A DNA stretch of 64,000 bases from assembly GCF_009914755.1 (NCBI RefSeq), contig NC_060933.1. One strand, 5' to 3'. Source of the stretch: the human T2T-CHM13v2.0 reference genome, Homo sapiens. Under the pieces are notes generated by a model. The model worked only from the letters and a program-made list of their open reading frames with translations. It did not search any database and had not been told where the DNA came from. Each line of letters begins with the position of its first letter. Within the stretch, counting starts at the first letter, position 1. Both the position numbers and the translations under genes were made by a program. Below are positions 1 to 13,146 of this stretch, piece by piece.

Positions 1-519
1 TGTGAACCTCAGAGGATAGTTCAAAATAATTTTTTTAAACACTTAGAGCTGTGTAATAAGGAAATATATTGCCTGTGAATGCTCTACATTGAAAATAATA
101 AGATTCTGTAAGAGGTACTAAAGAGTCTATTTCTCCAGTCAGGCTAAGCCCTCTAAGCTTTCTATTAAGACTTTTTTAACATTAGATTTTATGATGCTAT
201 GACTTTATGTTCAATATCTGAAGATTAGCTAGAGATCAGTTTAAGAGAATTTTCTTATCATAAAGTAGGCCCATTGAAATTTTTAATACTGATTAACATT
301 AAATTTTATAAGACTTTAGAATATTCCTCAGGGACCTTTTTTTGTTTGTTTTTATTGTTATGCTTCACTCTTCTGGAATGTGAGCAGCATATATTAAATG
401 AGGACACAAGAAAAGTATCTTGATAGTTTTAATGATCTGGTCAGATTAATATTTATTATATGTTATAGTAAGCAATATTTAATTATGATAAAATAATAAT
501 GATTATAACAGATGAAATG

Positions 520-725
520 TAGTGAGCACATACTATTTGTTAAGCACTATTGGTAATTTTACATATTTCACTTATCCTTATCACAATTTTATGATAATAT
601 GGGGAGTTTTATTATCATAATTTTATTACAGAGAAATATTAATTATATATAGATTATATTATCTCCCAAATCAAATTAGTAATGAATTAGAAAGCATTCA
701 AACCCAGATCAGCTGACACTATATA
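520..725 (-). mobile_element. MIR SINE remnant (approximate bounds)
   Basis: Degenerate MIR-like text ending CATTCAAACCCAGATCAGCTGAC; heavily diverged. Confidence 0.45.
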
Positions 726-2419
726 AACCACTCTTTTCTTCCTATACTAGATTTTCAAAAATTTGCCCTATCAGTGGGTTGTCTAAACAATATTGCATTG
801 TCAAAAACTTTGAACCCATTACCCTTTTACATCACAATGGTAAAATATCTTTGGCAGCCGTCAGCATAAATCAGATAGAATTATATATAAGGAAATTTAT
901 TATCTCACAACACTGGAAGTCCAACGATAAGCTTCAAGGTTGAATTAATTCTAAAGAATTTATTTTGGTTTACTTCTCTATGATTTTTCCTCTATCCTCA
1001 GGCTAGTAGTCAGAGAAATGTCTCATACTTCTGAACAAGATTCAAAAACGGATTAACAAAAAGTATATAGCATCTCTTCCTGGGGAGCTATTAGCATTAA
1101 AATAATCACAAAGACCTCAGGAAACTATTATATTTAATTAAATCCCATGCCCATTTATAAATGAATGTCTATCTAAAGGCAATATCATGCAATCATTGAC
1201 TTAGTTCTATGACTCAAACAAGAAAGATAAGATGACTATGATCAGCTTAGGCTACCAGAGCACACAGGATGCCGGAACCTACTTACAACACGAAGTGAAA
1301 GAGGTGGAAGGAACTTTGTGGGGAGAAGACCTATGTTCACTAGAAATCTTTTTGATATTTACCACACATATCAACATAATAAATGTTCTGAGAGCTCCTA
1401 AATTAAAGAAACCCATTTAATTTCAAACATCTAAATATTTTCCAAAATTATATGACTGTGGTTGTTTCATAAGGTAGTTATTAGCATAGCAGAATACAAA
1501 AATGTCCATTGCAAAATTTGGAGATATTTTGTTCTATCTTAATAATTATCAAAATAAATTATAGGAAATAAAAATTGTTTCCTAGCACGCACACACATAC
1601 AGTCATACGACAGCATAAACTGCAAATCTGTGGCTAAAAGGTTTACAAGTTATTTATCATTTGATTTTGACATACAACGGAATTTGTACAGTGACTGAAA
1701 TACATCTGAGCAATGTTCTGACTAAAGCTGCACGAAATTACAAAGATTTAAGTATGGTCAATGAAGAACTTGGAAACAAAACCTGCAAAAGTAATTTAAA
1801 ATTATCTGTCATTAAATCTGTTGAAATTCATAATCTCAAGTAATATCCCTTGATTTACTTTCTTTTATATATGTGTTTGCCATTGTAATTCAAGACTTTT
1901 ACTCAAAAATTGTAGAAAGAAATTCTACTCAGTATGTCTTCCACACATCATCTAAAATCTGTCAAAAAATCTAGGAATAGTAGTGTCTGAACTTGTGATG
2001 ACTTGAATGTAGAAAATGTGTCAGAGTCACACAGTACTTTTGCGTATGTTATCTGATATGATACTCGCAGTAACCTTATAAAGTAGCTACTATTGTCATC
2101 ATTTTTGCACTTCAGGAATATTAAGCTGCATTACTTTCATTTTCTAAATTAAAAAGTAATTATAAAAATCAAGCTAATGAAGACCTATAAAATCAGGTCA
2201 TATAAGTTTTAGATAAAGGACTAATACAATTCTGCGAACAGAAACAAAAGTAATATTTAACACTTGGCCACAGTTTGTCAACAACCTACATAATTAAAAT
2301 GAAACCTCTTCTGAAACTCAGGACCTTAGCCTACCTGATATCTTTCACCTGGGATGCTAACAATTTTTATAGCATTTATATTTAACAATGGCAGTGATTA
2401 AAATAAAAAGATACAATGA

Positions 2420-2545
2420 CAGTGACTATTGATCATATACTGTGTGCTAGGTGCCTTATGCACATTACACATTCTTCTCACAATAACCCTGAAGGGTTGG
2501 AATCATTATCTATCCAATGACAACTCAGAATCAAATAATTTAGAA
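2420..2545 (-). mobile_element. MIR SINE remnant
   Basis: TACTGTGTGCTAGGTGCCTTATGCACATTAC...TCTCACAATAACCCTGAAGG resembles the MIR core/3' end. Confidence 0.5.
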
Positions 2546-2749
2546 ATTTATTTAAATCCTTAGACTCACAGTGAAGATGTAAAACTCATTTCAAATGTTT
2601 GAGAAACACTCAAAATAAATCTTTGCTCTAGAATAGTAGTCAATTTATAAATTACCAAATAATCTGACTTCTAAACTTTGATTAATTATCAATAGCAACA
2701 ATTTAAAAGAGTTAATTTAAAGAAAATACCTCATTTTTCCATGTGGTTT

Positions 2750-3477
2750 TGTTACAGTGGGTAGCTGCAGACATGAGCTGGGCAGGAGAGGCCTCTTCCT
2801 AACAGGAATGTCAGGTGACCATCAGATGATGGTCAGGCGGTTGTTAACTGTCTCTCTAAAATAATAATCGGTCACAGCTGGTGCAAGGGAACGGCGGTCT
2901 CCCAACAGATAGAAAACATCTGAAACTGGTGATCAGCAGCTTTCTGATAAGATCTCAGGAGTTGGGCAAACGGGCTCAAGCATACACATTAAGAGGCAAA
3001 ATAGCAGAAATTAACTGGTATATGACTTCCTAGGGACATTCAACTGGTAAGGGAAGTACTCCTCAAGTGAGCAAGCGTACAATTCCAGTTAAACACAGTG
3101 CGCATATTACCTCTGCAAGCACTAGCAGCCACTGGGCATGTGGACAGCCCACACCAAGAGAAGAATCAGGGGAGAAGGAACACAAGACCCAAGAAGTGTG
3201 CCTACATATATTAATAAAACCCCAAGTCAAAAGGTCAAACCATGCACTTGATGTCTCAAGTCTCCCACTTGGCCCTCTTACAGGTATACTTTACTTCCTT
3301 TCATTCCTGCTCTAAAGCTTTTTAATAAACGTTCACTCCTGCTCTTCTTCTGCCTTATGTCCCTCAGTCAAATTCTTTCTTCTGAGGAGGCAAGAATTGA
3401 GGTTGTTGCAGACTTGTAAAGATTTGCCACAGATAACCTAACTTTGGTGCCACGTGGCTCAGGTTCTGCCATTAACA
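2750..3477 (+). mobile_element. ERV1-class solo LTR, MER50
   Basis: Starts TGTTACAG and ends TTAACA. Contains MER50-typical AGACATGAGC..GGCAGGAGAGG..CAGGAATGTCAGG..GATAAGATCTCAGGAGTTGGGC and an AATAAA near 3325. Flanked by a probable 4-bp TSD GTTT/GATT. Confidence 0.85.
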
Positions 3478-3499
3478 GATTGAACACAGATATGGCAAC

Positions 3500-3580
3500 T
3501 AGGGTTTCTCAACTTCAGGACTATTGACATTTTGAAGCAGATAACTTTTTTGTGTGTATGGCTGCACTGAGTGATACCTA
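3500..3580 (-). mobile_element. MER20 (hAT-Charlie) fragment
   Basis: AGGGTTTCTCAACTTCAGGACTATTGACATTTTG resembles the MER20 terminus and the fuller copy at 21155-21368. Confidence 0.55.
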
Positions 3581-3979
3581 TTGTAGAAAAAAAGAATGAT
3601 AATTAAACAGTGTAGGCTAAAAAAAGTGTGAGGGGGAAAAGGAGGGAAAGAAAAATGATTAAAGAACAGAGATTTTATTTGAGGAAAAATAGGATATACT
3701 TTGGTAAGGAGCAACGAGACTCAAAAACTGATTGGATCATTTCCATGAATTTAAGTAAATTCAGCTGACCCTCTTTGCCAGTAAAAGTCAAGAGTATGAA
3801 TGAGGCGCCTTCAAGTTTTGATGTGCATTGGTATTCTAAAGATACTTTACATAAACTCCAATTCCAGAGTCCAAATGTCAGAAATCCTAATTAAGTCTGC
3901 CATTCTAATACCACCAGCAGAACTCCAGGTGATTCACTGGTTAGAAATACAAACGCTCTGACAGGAGTCCGTGTGAATA

Positions 3980-4576
3980 CAGCCAGTCCTCATTTAACAT
4001 CATCAACAGGTTCTTGGAAACTGACTTTTAGCAAAAAGACATAATGAAACGAATTTTGTCATAGGTTAGTTGATATAAACAAGAGCTAGGTTTATATGAC
4101 ATATTTCTGGTCACTAAAACACTGCCAGACTTATATGTAAAGACCAAAACACTTCTAATATTAAACATTGAAATGTGAGCTCCACATACATTTAAGAAAG
4201 ATTAATAAAAACAAGTACAATTATTATTTACCCAATTATTCTGGTTCTGGGTGACCACTGGCTGGGGCTTATTTGGGCATGCAGGGTGAAAGGTGAGAGC
4301 CAGCCCTGGACAGGACGCCATCCCATTGCAGGGTGCACTCACACATACACCCACACGACATACACACTACAGCTGGGACAATTTAGGCATACCAATTAGC
4401 CTAATGTGCATATTTTTGGGATGTGGGAGGAAATGGGAGTACCTGGTGACAACCCACGCAGGTGTGGGCAGAATGCACAAATCACATACAGACAGTGGTG
4501 CCAGAGGGGGATATATTTTTTTAATTGCTATTATAACAAAACAACATTGAACAAAACAACATTTGAGAATCCATTA
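3980..4576 (-). mobile_element. MER6/MER6A (TcMar-Tigger non-autonomous DNA transposon)
   Basis: TA + CAGCCAGTCCTCATTTAAC terminus and internal CCAGCCCTGGACAGGACGCCATCCCATTGCAGGGTGCACTCACAC; about 600 bp. Confidence 0.75.
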
Positions 4577-5152
4577 TGTTTGGGTTTTAGATATCAAGAT
4601 TATTTCCAGGTGGTGGTATCTTGTAACTAGGAACAACTGTTAAAAGATCGAGGTACAAATACTTAGACTACCAATTATGGGGAAATACACAACTTAGAAA
4701 TCACTGGGAAAACCTCCTCTTACAGATGACAGAACTAACGTGAAATTTCAGAATGAGTGCTGTAAGTTCTTCTGACACAGAAACCACCTTGAGGGAAGGT
4801 AGAAAGATTCTTCATAACTCTCCCACTGTACATAGCCCAGCTCAACAGATGTGGCACCAAAGTTCACCTGAAAGTGTATAGCTATTCTCCCTAAACAGTA
4901 TTGCTGTTTTCAAACAGGCAGTATATAAATACAAAAACATAATGGTCTACGTGCAATTACAGTTCCAACATCTCATTGTATAAGGAATTAGGAAAGGAGG
5001 TATCATTGGAGAACGGGACTAGAAAATTTGACTTGAATTTACTTTCTTAATAGGAAGAGGATATTGTTTTTATTTCCATTATTTTATTGGAATGGTTTGA
5101 GAGAAATGATGGAGATTATTGGGAAGGTAAAGATCATCTCTAAAATACCATC

Positions 5153-5522
5153 TGTATTACTCCGTTTTCACATTGCTAATAAAGACATACCCGAGACTGA
5201 GTAATTCGCAAAGAAAAACAGGTTTAATGGACTCACGGTTTCACGTGGCTCAGGAGGCTGCACAATCGTGGCAGAAGGCTAGGAGGAGCAAGTCACATCC
5301 TATATGGCGGCAGGGAAGGGAGAATGAGAGCCAAACGAAAGGGGTTTCCCCTTATAAAACCATCAGATCTCATGAGACTTATTCACTACCACGAGAACAG
5401 TGTGGGGGAAACCGCCCCCATGATTCAATTATCTCTCACCAGGTCCCTCCTACAACACATGGTAATTATGGGAGCTACAATTCAAGATGAGATTTGGGTG
5501 GGAACAGAGCTAAAACATATCA
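5153..5522 (-). mobile_element. THE1 (THE1C-like) MaLR solo LTR
   Basis: TGTATTA...CATATCA, 370 bp, typical THE1 text. Perfect 5-bp TSD CCATC at 5148-5152 and 5523-5527. Confidence 0.95.
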
Positions 5523-5527
5523 CCATC

Positions 5528-5725
5528 TATCAGTCTGAGTCCTCCAAAAAGCAGACACCAGGATAGAAATGGATATAAAAGAGATTTATTGGTAAAACAT
5601 TCGTGAATGACAAATGGGAGGAAGCAAGAGGAAGCAAGAAGAACTTTAGCCTTTGACGCATGTCCGAGCTCTGTGATGAGAAAAGAGGAGCAAAGGAAGA
5701 TTGGGCAGGAAGAGTCTCAGAATGT
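5528..5725 (-). mobile_element. LTR16B-like ERV-L LTR fragment
   Basis: GTCCTCCAAAAAGCAGACACCA...GAGATTTATTGG...GATTGGGCAGGAAGAGTCTCAG resembles the LTR16 3' part. Confidence 0.55.
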
Positions 5726-6119
5726 TCCATCTAAGCCGTATTTTCTTTCACTGGGAAGAAATGCTTTGATATTCTAGTAACTTTTAAACATTGATTAGTG
5801 AAATTGTTTTCAATTTTCCTTGACATTAATGTGTACTTTTAATATTCCTTAAATAAACAGCTAATTGTGTAAAACAATTTATATTTTTAAAAATACTATT
5901 TTGTTCTCAAAATTTATAGCTCTGCAGGTATTTTACATATTGAACTTCCTCCTTATTCTCCCTACAGTTTTATTTAGAATCTATTTGTTTAATATACCAC
6001 AGCAAAATGCATTTGTCATGTGTGGCTTGTGTAAAATAGGCATTTCATTCTATTTTCAATGTGGCTGCTTTCTAGAACAACGACAAAAAACGTAAATGGA
6101 TACATGTATGTTGATGTGT

Positions 6120-6322
6120 TGCATTGTATATTATATATAAATATATGTAATATAAAATATATGACTATATATATGACATAACAAATATATTGTTTTATAT
6201 ATAACAATATATAACATATATACTATATAACATAATATATAATATTATATATAATATAGAAAAATATGTAGTACATATAAATATATATTATATATAAACA
6301 CATTTTTTTAATATACATATAT
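6120..6322. repeat. (TA)n-rich low-complexity tract
   Basis: Imperfect TA/ATA runs seen directly. Confidence 0.85.
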
Positions 6323-6372
6323 TTGGTTGGTTGGTAAAATTTTGGGGGGGAATATGGTTTTATGCTATTTTA

Positions 6373-6676
6373 TTTTATTTTTATTTATTTATTTTGAGAC
6401 GGAGTTTCGCTTGTTGCCCAAGCTGTAGTGCAATGGCCAGTCTTGGCTGACTGTAACCCCCGCCTCCGGGGTTCAAGCGATTCTCCTGCCGCAGCCTCCC
6501 GAGTAGCTGGGATTACAGGACTGCGCCACCATGCCCAGCTAATTTTTTGTATGTTTAGTAGAAACAGGGTTTCACCATATTAGCCAGGTTGGTCTTGAAC
6601 TCCTGACCTCAGATGATCTGCCTGCCTTGGCCTACCAAAGTGCTGGGATTACAGGCATGAACTGCCATGCCCAGCC
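6373..6676 (-). mobile_element. AluS (Sq/Sp-like)
   Basis: Full dimer with a T-rich tail on the left. 12-bp TSD TATGCTATTTTA at 6361-6372 and 6677-6688. Confidence 0.95.
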
Positions 6677-7049
6677 TATGCTATTTTAATAAACTAATCA
6701 TGGTTTTGTGTGAACTAAGTATGAAACCATAAGCATGTATTTTACACTGCCTTGCAATAGATTGCATTTTGAAGATTTCTGCTATTTTCAGAATAAATAA
6801 TGAAAATAGCTGCATATTAGAGTTGAAATTAAACCTTGTAGAGCAGTTTTCCATGTATCATATTTTTGAAGTGTTCATTTACAAACATATTTTTCTGATA
6901 ATAATATAGACCCCAAATTAATATTTTATTGTTTGCTAATTTATCTAAAGCAAAGTCAATAAACACTGGCTTTTTAAAAATGCAGCATACAAGCCATTTT
7001 ACTACTATTAGAGAATTCCCCCTTGTATATAAATCTTGAAAATTTCAAT

Positions 7050-8100
7050 GAAGACAACTATGTCTGTTTTCAGTATGGCAGCTAAAAGAAACTAGGGTTT
7101 CTAGATTTGCTACCTCCTATTCAGAGCTCAAGAATGTGAACTTGACATGGCCAATCAAATGCTCTTACCTGGATTTTTGGATATGGAATGAGTGATGGGG
7201 TGGTTAGAATTTATTCATGGTAGTAAGAACAGTGATGTTCAGAGTTATTGACAAGGTCCTACAGCTTGTGTACTGTGAATACTAGACTCTCATTAATAAA
7301 ACGTAATTGTACTTTATTTTTATTTTCACTCTATTGATTTACTAAGATTAATATCCTATTACTAATTAAGTGTTCAGTATTCTTTTAAATAAATCTCTCA
7401 TTTTTTGCTTAATGCTTTCAGTTTTTCTTTCTGTTGCAGATCACCAAGGATTCAGACCGATACCAATGATGCAATAAAGACATCATTTTTCCTCCAGGAA
7501 AAAAAGAGAAATATGGGTTTAGTCACCAAGGAAGAAGGCAGTAAATAGCTTTGAACACTCACATTTACACTCTAATATATCTGTGTAAAGGATATGAAGG
7601 ATATAAATAATTTAGAAATTGTGGGGGAAGTAGGTATCTCTAATATTGAATAAAAAGAAAATAAATGACCAGATCAAATACCTATGTTGACTTCTATTAA
7701 CACACTGTAAAGATTTCCTCACATGTTTTAACTATAGGGCTGAGATAGTTAAGAACAAACCTTTAACTTTGAGAGAGGTATTGCCAAATTGTAATTTCGG
7801 AAGAATTAAAATCCTTACCTGCTGCCATAAACAAAAGTCAGATAAAGCTAGGTAAGGAAAATTGTGAAGAAACTTAACTGTTGGAATTTGAACAACTGGA
7901 GTTTTCTCATGCCCTATCCAATACTGAGCCTTCCTTGTTCACTGAAGTCCCTTCACTTTTGTATATTGAGACTCTTCCTTCCCTGCTTAAAAATGTTGCT
8001 ATTTTCTTGCCCCAGGGAATTTTGTTGCAAAAACAATACTGTTTCACTTATACTTCTTTCACTGTTTTCACAATTATAAATAGTCTGGTCCAAGTATATC
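7050..8100 (+). mobile_element. Very old ERV-L-class LTR plus internal (gag-like) remnant
   Basis: GCCAATCAAATGCTCTTACCTGG and AATAAATCTCTCATTTTTTGCTTAA..CTGTTG resemble an ERV-L LTR end, followed by weakly ERV-L-like internal sequence. Confidence 0.35.
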
Positions 8101-8759
8101 CTAAAGAGCACAAAGAAAATAAACAAATGAACAAACAGAAAAAAAACTAAGTCTTCCTCATTTAAAAAATAATATCAATTATCCAGTTGCATGTAAGATA
8201 TGAAAATTCTCTATCAATGTTAGAGGACAATTATTATAGTTGCACCAGTTATAGATTTCAATTTATATTGAACTATTTAGTAGATTGTTTAGTTCTTATA
8301 GTATATATGTAAACAAAAGGTTTCCTCAAAGGTGACCCACATTGAAAAATGTGAAGTCTTCAGATTTCCTTTCCACAGTATAGAAAGAGAAGTTTAAATA
8401 TTTTGGAAGTTAAAACTAAATGAATTCAGCTAGTGTGTTAAGCTGATGCAATACCTTCTTAAAATGCACAAGGTCACAAGAAATAACTCCAGGCTGGAGT
8501 GGACAACCAGAATCTTTGAAAATTACTTTAATCACAATGTGAAATGCTACAGCTGAAATGAGTGAGTGCTCTAATTTCAATTGAATAGTAATAGACATTG
8601 GGTGATTTTTTGTTGTAGAGTGATACTTTGTTACAAAGGCCATGTGACTAAAGTGACCACCTGGACATAGGAATAGTCTAAAAATCATGACGTGATCTAG
8701 AAATATCTTGGATGATGAAGAATTACCGTATACTTTTGTACTAGATTCAATCCTGCACC

Positions 8760-9355
8760 TTGTCCCCAGATCTTCATATTTGGCTTTATTATAGTTTGTA
8801 CTCTTTCTATAATCATGAGACCATGTTGTCTCTGCATCTGCTGTATTCAGACTGAAGCACCTACGATAATGGATCCTCGTCTCTCATATGACTTGCTGGT
8901 ATACCCTAGAGATCCTCTCTATCCAACTGACAGTTCTGGGCACCTCAATTCTTATCTAGGCCTTTCCTTTTTATATGGCTAGATAGGACACCACAGCTCT
9001 CTGCCTAAAAGTCATCCAGGCACAACCAAAAATGAGGGGGAGTTAAAGCTCCATAGGAGTTTATTTGATCAATGAGAGACTAAAATCAGTGAAAAAAATT
9101 ATTCCCCTCTTCTCCCACAGTGGGCTATTCTCTGATTTAGTTTGTATGAGTTCTTGAAAGATATACTATGACTTTAAATAGTCAGTTGAACATTTCAGCT
9201 GTCAACTGTAATGTAAACCTTGCATCTTCTCTCCTGATTTTCCCATTATATTCTCTTTGTCCTTTTTCCCTACTACTTAGAATAATACTCCTAATAAAGT
9301 AATAATATACAAACCTTCTGTGTCAGACTTGGCTTTCTATGGCGAGGTTTAGACA
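8760..9355 (+). mobile_element. LTR16-family (C/D/E-like) ERV-L 5' LTR
   Basis: GGCACAACC...GGGGAGTTAAAGCTCC...TTGATCAATG motif, AATAAA near 9293, ends TTAGACA. Confidence 0.6.
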
Positions 9356-9514
9356 GATGCATCTATAATTAGGATGAGATTCTGGTATTAAACCATTGTT
9401 CTGATGGCATAAGGACCCCATTGTTGGTGGGAAGTTGTAGATAGTAACATAGGTCATACAGTGGTATCCAATTATTAAAGTTGTCTTCTTTGGTTAATTG
9501 AAATGCAGTATAGA

Positions 9515-9963
9515 TGGAACGTTATGCTAAGTGAAATAAGCCAGGTGCAGAAAGACAAACATCATATGTTCTCGTTTTATGTAGGATCTAAAAATCAAAA
9601 CAATTAAACTCATGTATGTAGACAGTAGAAGGATGGTTATCAGAGGCTAGGAAGGGTAGTGGGGGATAAGGGGGAGGTGGGGATGATAAATGGGTAAAAA
9701 AATTAGAAAGAATAGATAAGACCTACTATCTGATAGCATAACAGGGTGACTGTAGTCAATAATAACTTAATTGTACATTTTTAAATAACTTAAAGAGTAT
9801 AATTGGTTTGTTTGTAACTCAAATGATAAACGTTTGAAGGGAAAAATACCCCCATTCTCCATGGTGTGCTTATTTCACTTTGCACGCCTGTACGAAAATA
9901 TCTCATGTACCTCATAAATATGTACACCTACTATGTACCCACAAAAGTTAAAAGTTAAAAAAA
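9515..9963 (+). mobile_element. L1MA (MA1-MA3) 3' end
   Basis: AAGTGAAATAAGCCAGG...CTATGTACCCACAAAAG plus an A-rich tail; possible TSD GAAATRCAGT. Confidence 0.9.
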
Positions 9964-10824
9964 GAGAAATACAGTGGTGATAATGTTACATGGTACTGAG
10001 GAAATAATACTTGCCAGGTTAGGATAGTCTTAATTCTTTTAAGCCTGTTAAGAACCTTGAAAAATATAATATAGTCAGGAAAGCCAACTACCAATGCAAA
10101 ACACGGAGAAACCTGGCCGGAAATTTAGGACCAGTTTCTAATTTTGATATTATGTCTAAAACAACACTCAATGATGAATAATTGTCGAGACCTGAGCAAC
10201 AGAATGGTGACATTTGAATGGGTAAACCTGAGAACGTTTATCCTCCAGATTTCACTATTAAATCTCCAGAATGAAAGAAGCAATGACTTTCCACTTTCCG
10301 GAGAAGACCAGCCACTCTTTTCTGGAGACCATGCTGTGAGCTCACCTGAGGTAGGCCCCTCACCATGTAAAGCTGATTTTCCTTAAGATCTGCTCTCACT
10401 ACCCTCATACTTCTAGGCTGCTTATGAAGGACAGCTCTATGCACAGCCTAATTAAGTACCAAATAAATTGTAGGAACCAGTGGAACAAGTATGAAAGTGG
10501 ATCTTGAGAGTTTTGCTGGTGAGGACAAAAGACCGAATATGGAAAACTCAACTCTTTTTGAAAAGAGAGTCTAATCTAATAGGTTGTCGTAATGGGTCCT
10601 TAGAACTTCCATATGCCTTTAGTAAATTAAATGGAATTTGAGAATACACCACCTGATTATGTTTTGCAGATGGCTCAGAGAAAATTGGTTTAATTAAGGT
10701 AATAACTAATGTACTGGTGAAGATGATATAAACCTTTGAAAAGATCAATAGTGGCTTTCCTCCATAGGCCAATATTGATGGTAGAAGAAGCTGCCCTAGA
10801 ACTGGGCTTGTTAGGTAGGAGTCA

Positions 10825-11274
<450 letters not shown>

Positions 11275-13146
11275 TTATTTTCTATATAACCTTCTTTTGA
11301 AAAGAGGTTTACATGAATGAAAATGGGAAGAATAAAGAACATCAAAAGAATACAAATGACACATATTTTATATAATTTTTGAAAAGTATATAAATTATAT
11401 ATTTTTATATTTTCTATAACCAATGAAAGAGGAATATCCAGACATTTTGAGGACTGTTGGATATGATCTCTGCACTGACACCTGAGTCAAATGATGTAAA
11501 GACTCATGTTGTTCACATTAGAATAAGGCATATAGATGACAGGAATGAAAGGAGGCAGTAAAATAATGTTGGCCAAAATTCACCTCATAATTGTTTGAGC
11601 AAGTACACAGCCTCACACTATTTTGTTTTGCTCAGTCTCCAAGTATGTAATTGGATACATTTATTTAGCAGTTGAAATTATATGTTTCAATTTTCTGTTT
11701 ATAAGATATAACTTTAGATTATTATGGGATGTTATTTACTCTATCACTCATGATTAATTATCTACCTCCTAATAATTACATTTCTTGTAGGCCACTTGCT
11801 TACCAAATGGAATAATAATGATAAGTAGTAACTTTAAAATTCATTGTCTTTATTTCCAAATCATGTGTTCTTTCCATTATCATTGTGTAGTTATATTCTT
11901 AACCCATTTTATGTTAAAATATTATTCTAATTTCTTTTATTATTAAAGAAATATATCCTCATAATTGAAAATAGAAAGAATAAAGAACATCAAAAGAAAA
12001 CAAAAATTCGCTACCAACTATGCATAGTTTAATAAGTTATTCACAATATCTCTAGCATTATAGGGTCAAGAATCTTATATTAAACATGAATGATAGCAAC
12101 AAGTTAATGGAGAAAACCAAGAATCTTATCAAAAACACACATTTTTCATAAGCCATAAGATGTTTTCCTGCATTGAGATAAGAACCCAATAGGCTCTCAA
12201 ATGTCTGGAGAAATATAGCAATAGGAATGCAAGTAGCAAAGAAATTGAGCCATTTTTGTTATCTGAATGTCACTGTAAAGGTTAACAATAAGTTATTAGG
12301 CTAGTATTACTGTCTTCTATAAAGTTACATGCCGCTAACTAGACAAAAGGAACTCTCTCCATCTGCAACATACCCTCCGATCTTCTGCAAAAATTGCTAA
12401 ATATCTACATGATAAAATCAAGTCTTAATTTCTCAAAACACATATAATTACATGCAGTACTATAATGTGAAATAAATTTGGGTGGTTGTTAATACACCTT
12501 ATATGTCTATCTATGCATACTTTTCAAATTACTTATGTGACAAAGCGGGGATATTGTAGGTTTCTTTCATATTTTCTAGTCATAAATTATATTCCATGTA
12601 ATCGAAAAAGTTTTTGGGTTAACAACTTAAATGTTAATTAATATATTTAGAAATCCTGCACTTAGTAATGAAGGTCTAGTCAGATGGCCAACACAAAAAA
12701 ATATGTGGAAATAAGAAATAAAATAAATATGAACTATACCAACTTGAACCTATCGTGAGTAAACTTAGGTAACTCATTTTCCCTCTTACACTGAAAATAG
12801 AATGGCATGACAGTAAGTAGCAAGAAAAAAGTGATATATGAAGGCTAAAAGTGATATACAAAGGATACTTCTAATGAGTTTTTCAGATCAAAACATCAAA
12901 TGTAAAATTTTAGGAAATTTTTTTCTACTAAATAACATCTTTTAGTGCTGTTTAACAGTTATTCTATATAGCTATTGGTTATCAGCATTATTTTAACAGA
13001 AGTATTTCACATATTTCACCATTTTTTTCTCCCTCTCTCTTTTCTTTTATTTTGCTATGGTTTCACGGGCTTGTGAAAGAACTTTCGGGCCTTTCAAATT
13101 CAATCTCTTTCTCTGTCATTTTTCTCAGCTAGTGAAAGTAAATGCT

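Noticed and set aside
770-1000. Possible LTR33-like relic (also near 27970-28085)
   Set aside because: Similarity is too weak to set a family or boundaries without an HMM search.
1670-1790. Possible minus-strand exon (TTACTTTTGCAG|G ... GTATGT)
   Set aside because: Stops in all frames, weak pyrimidine tract and no partner exon; chance level in AT-rich DNA.
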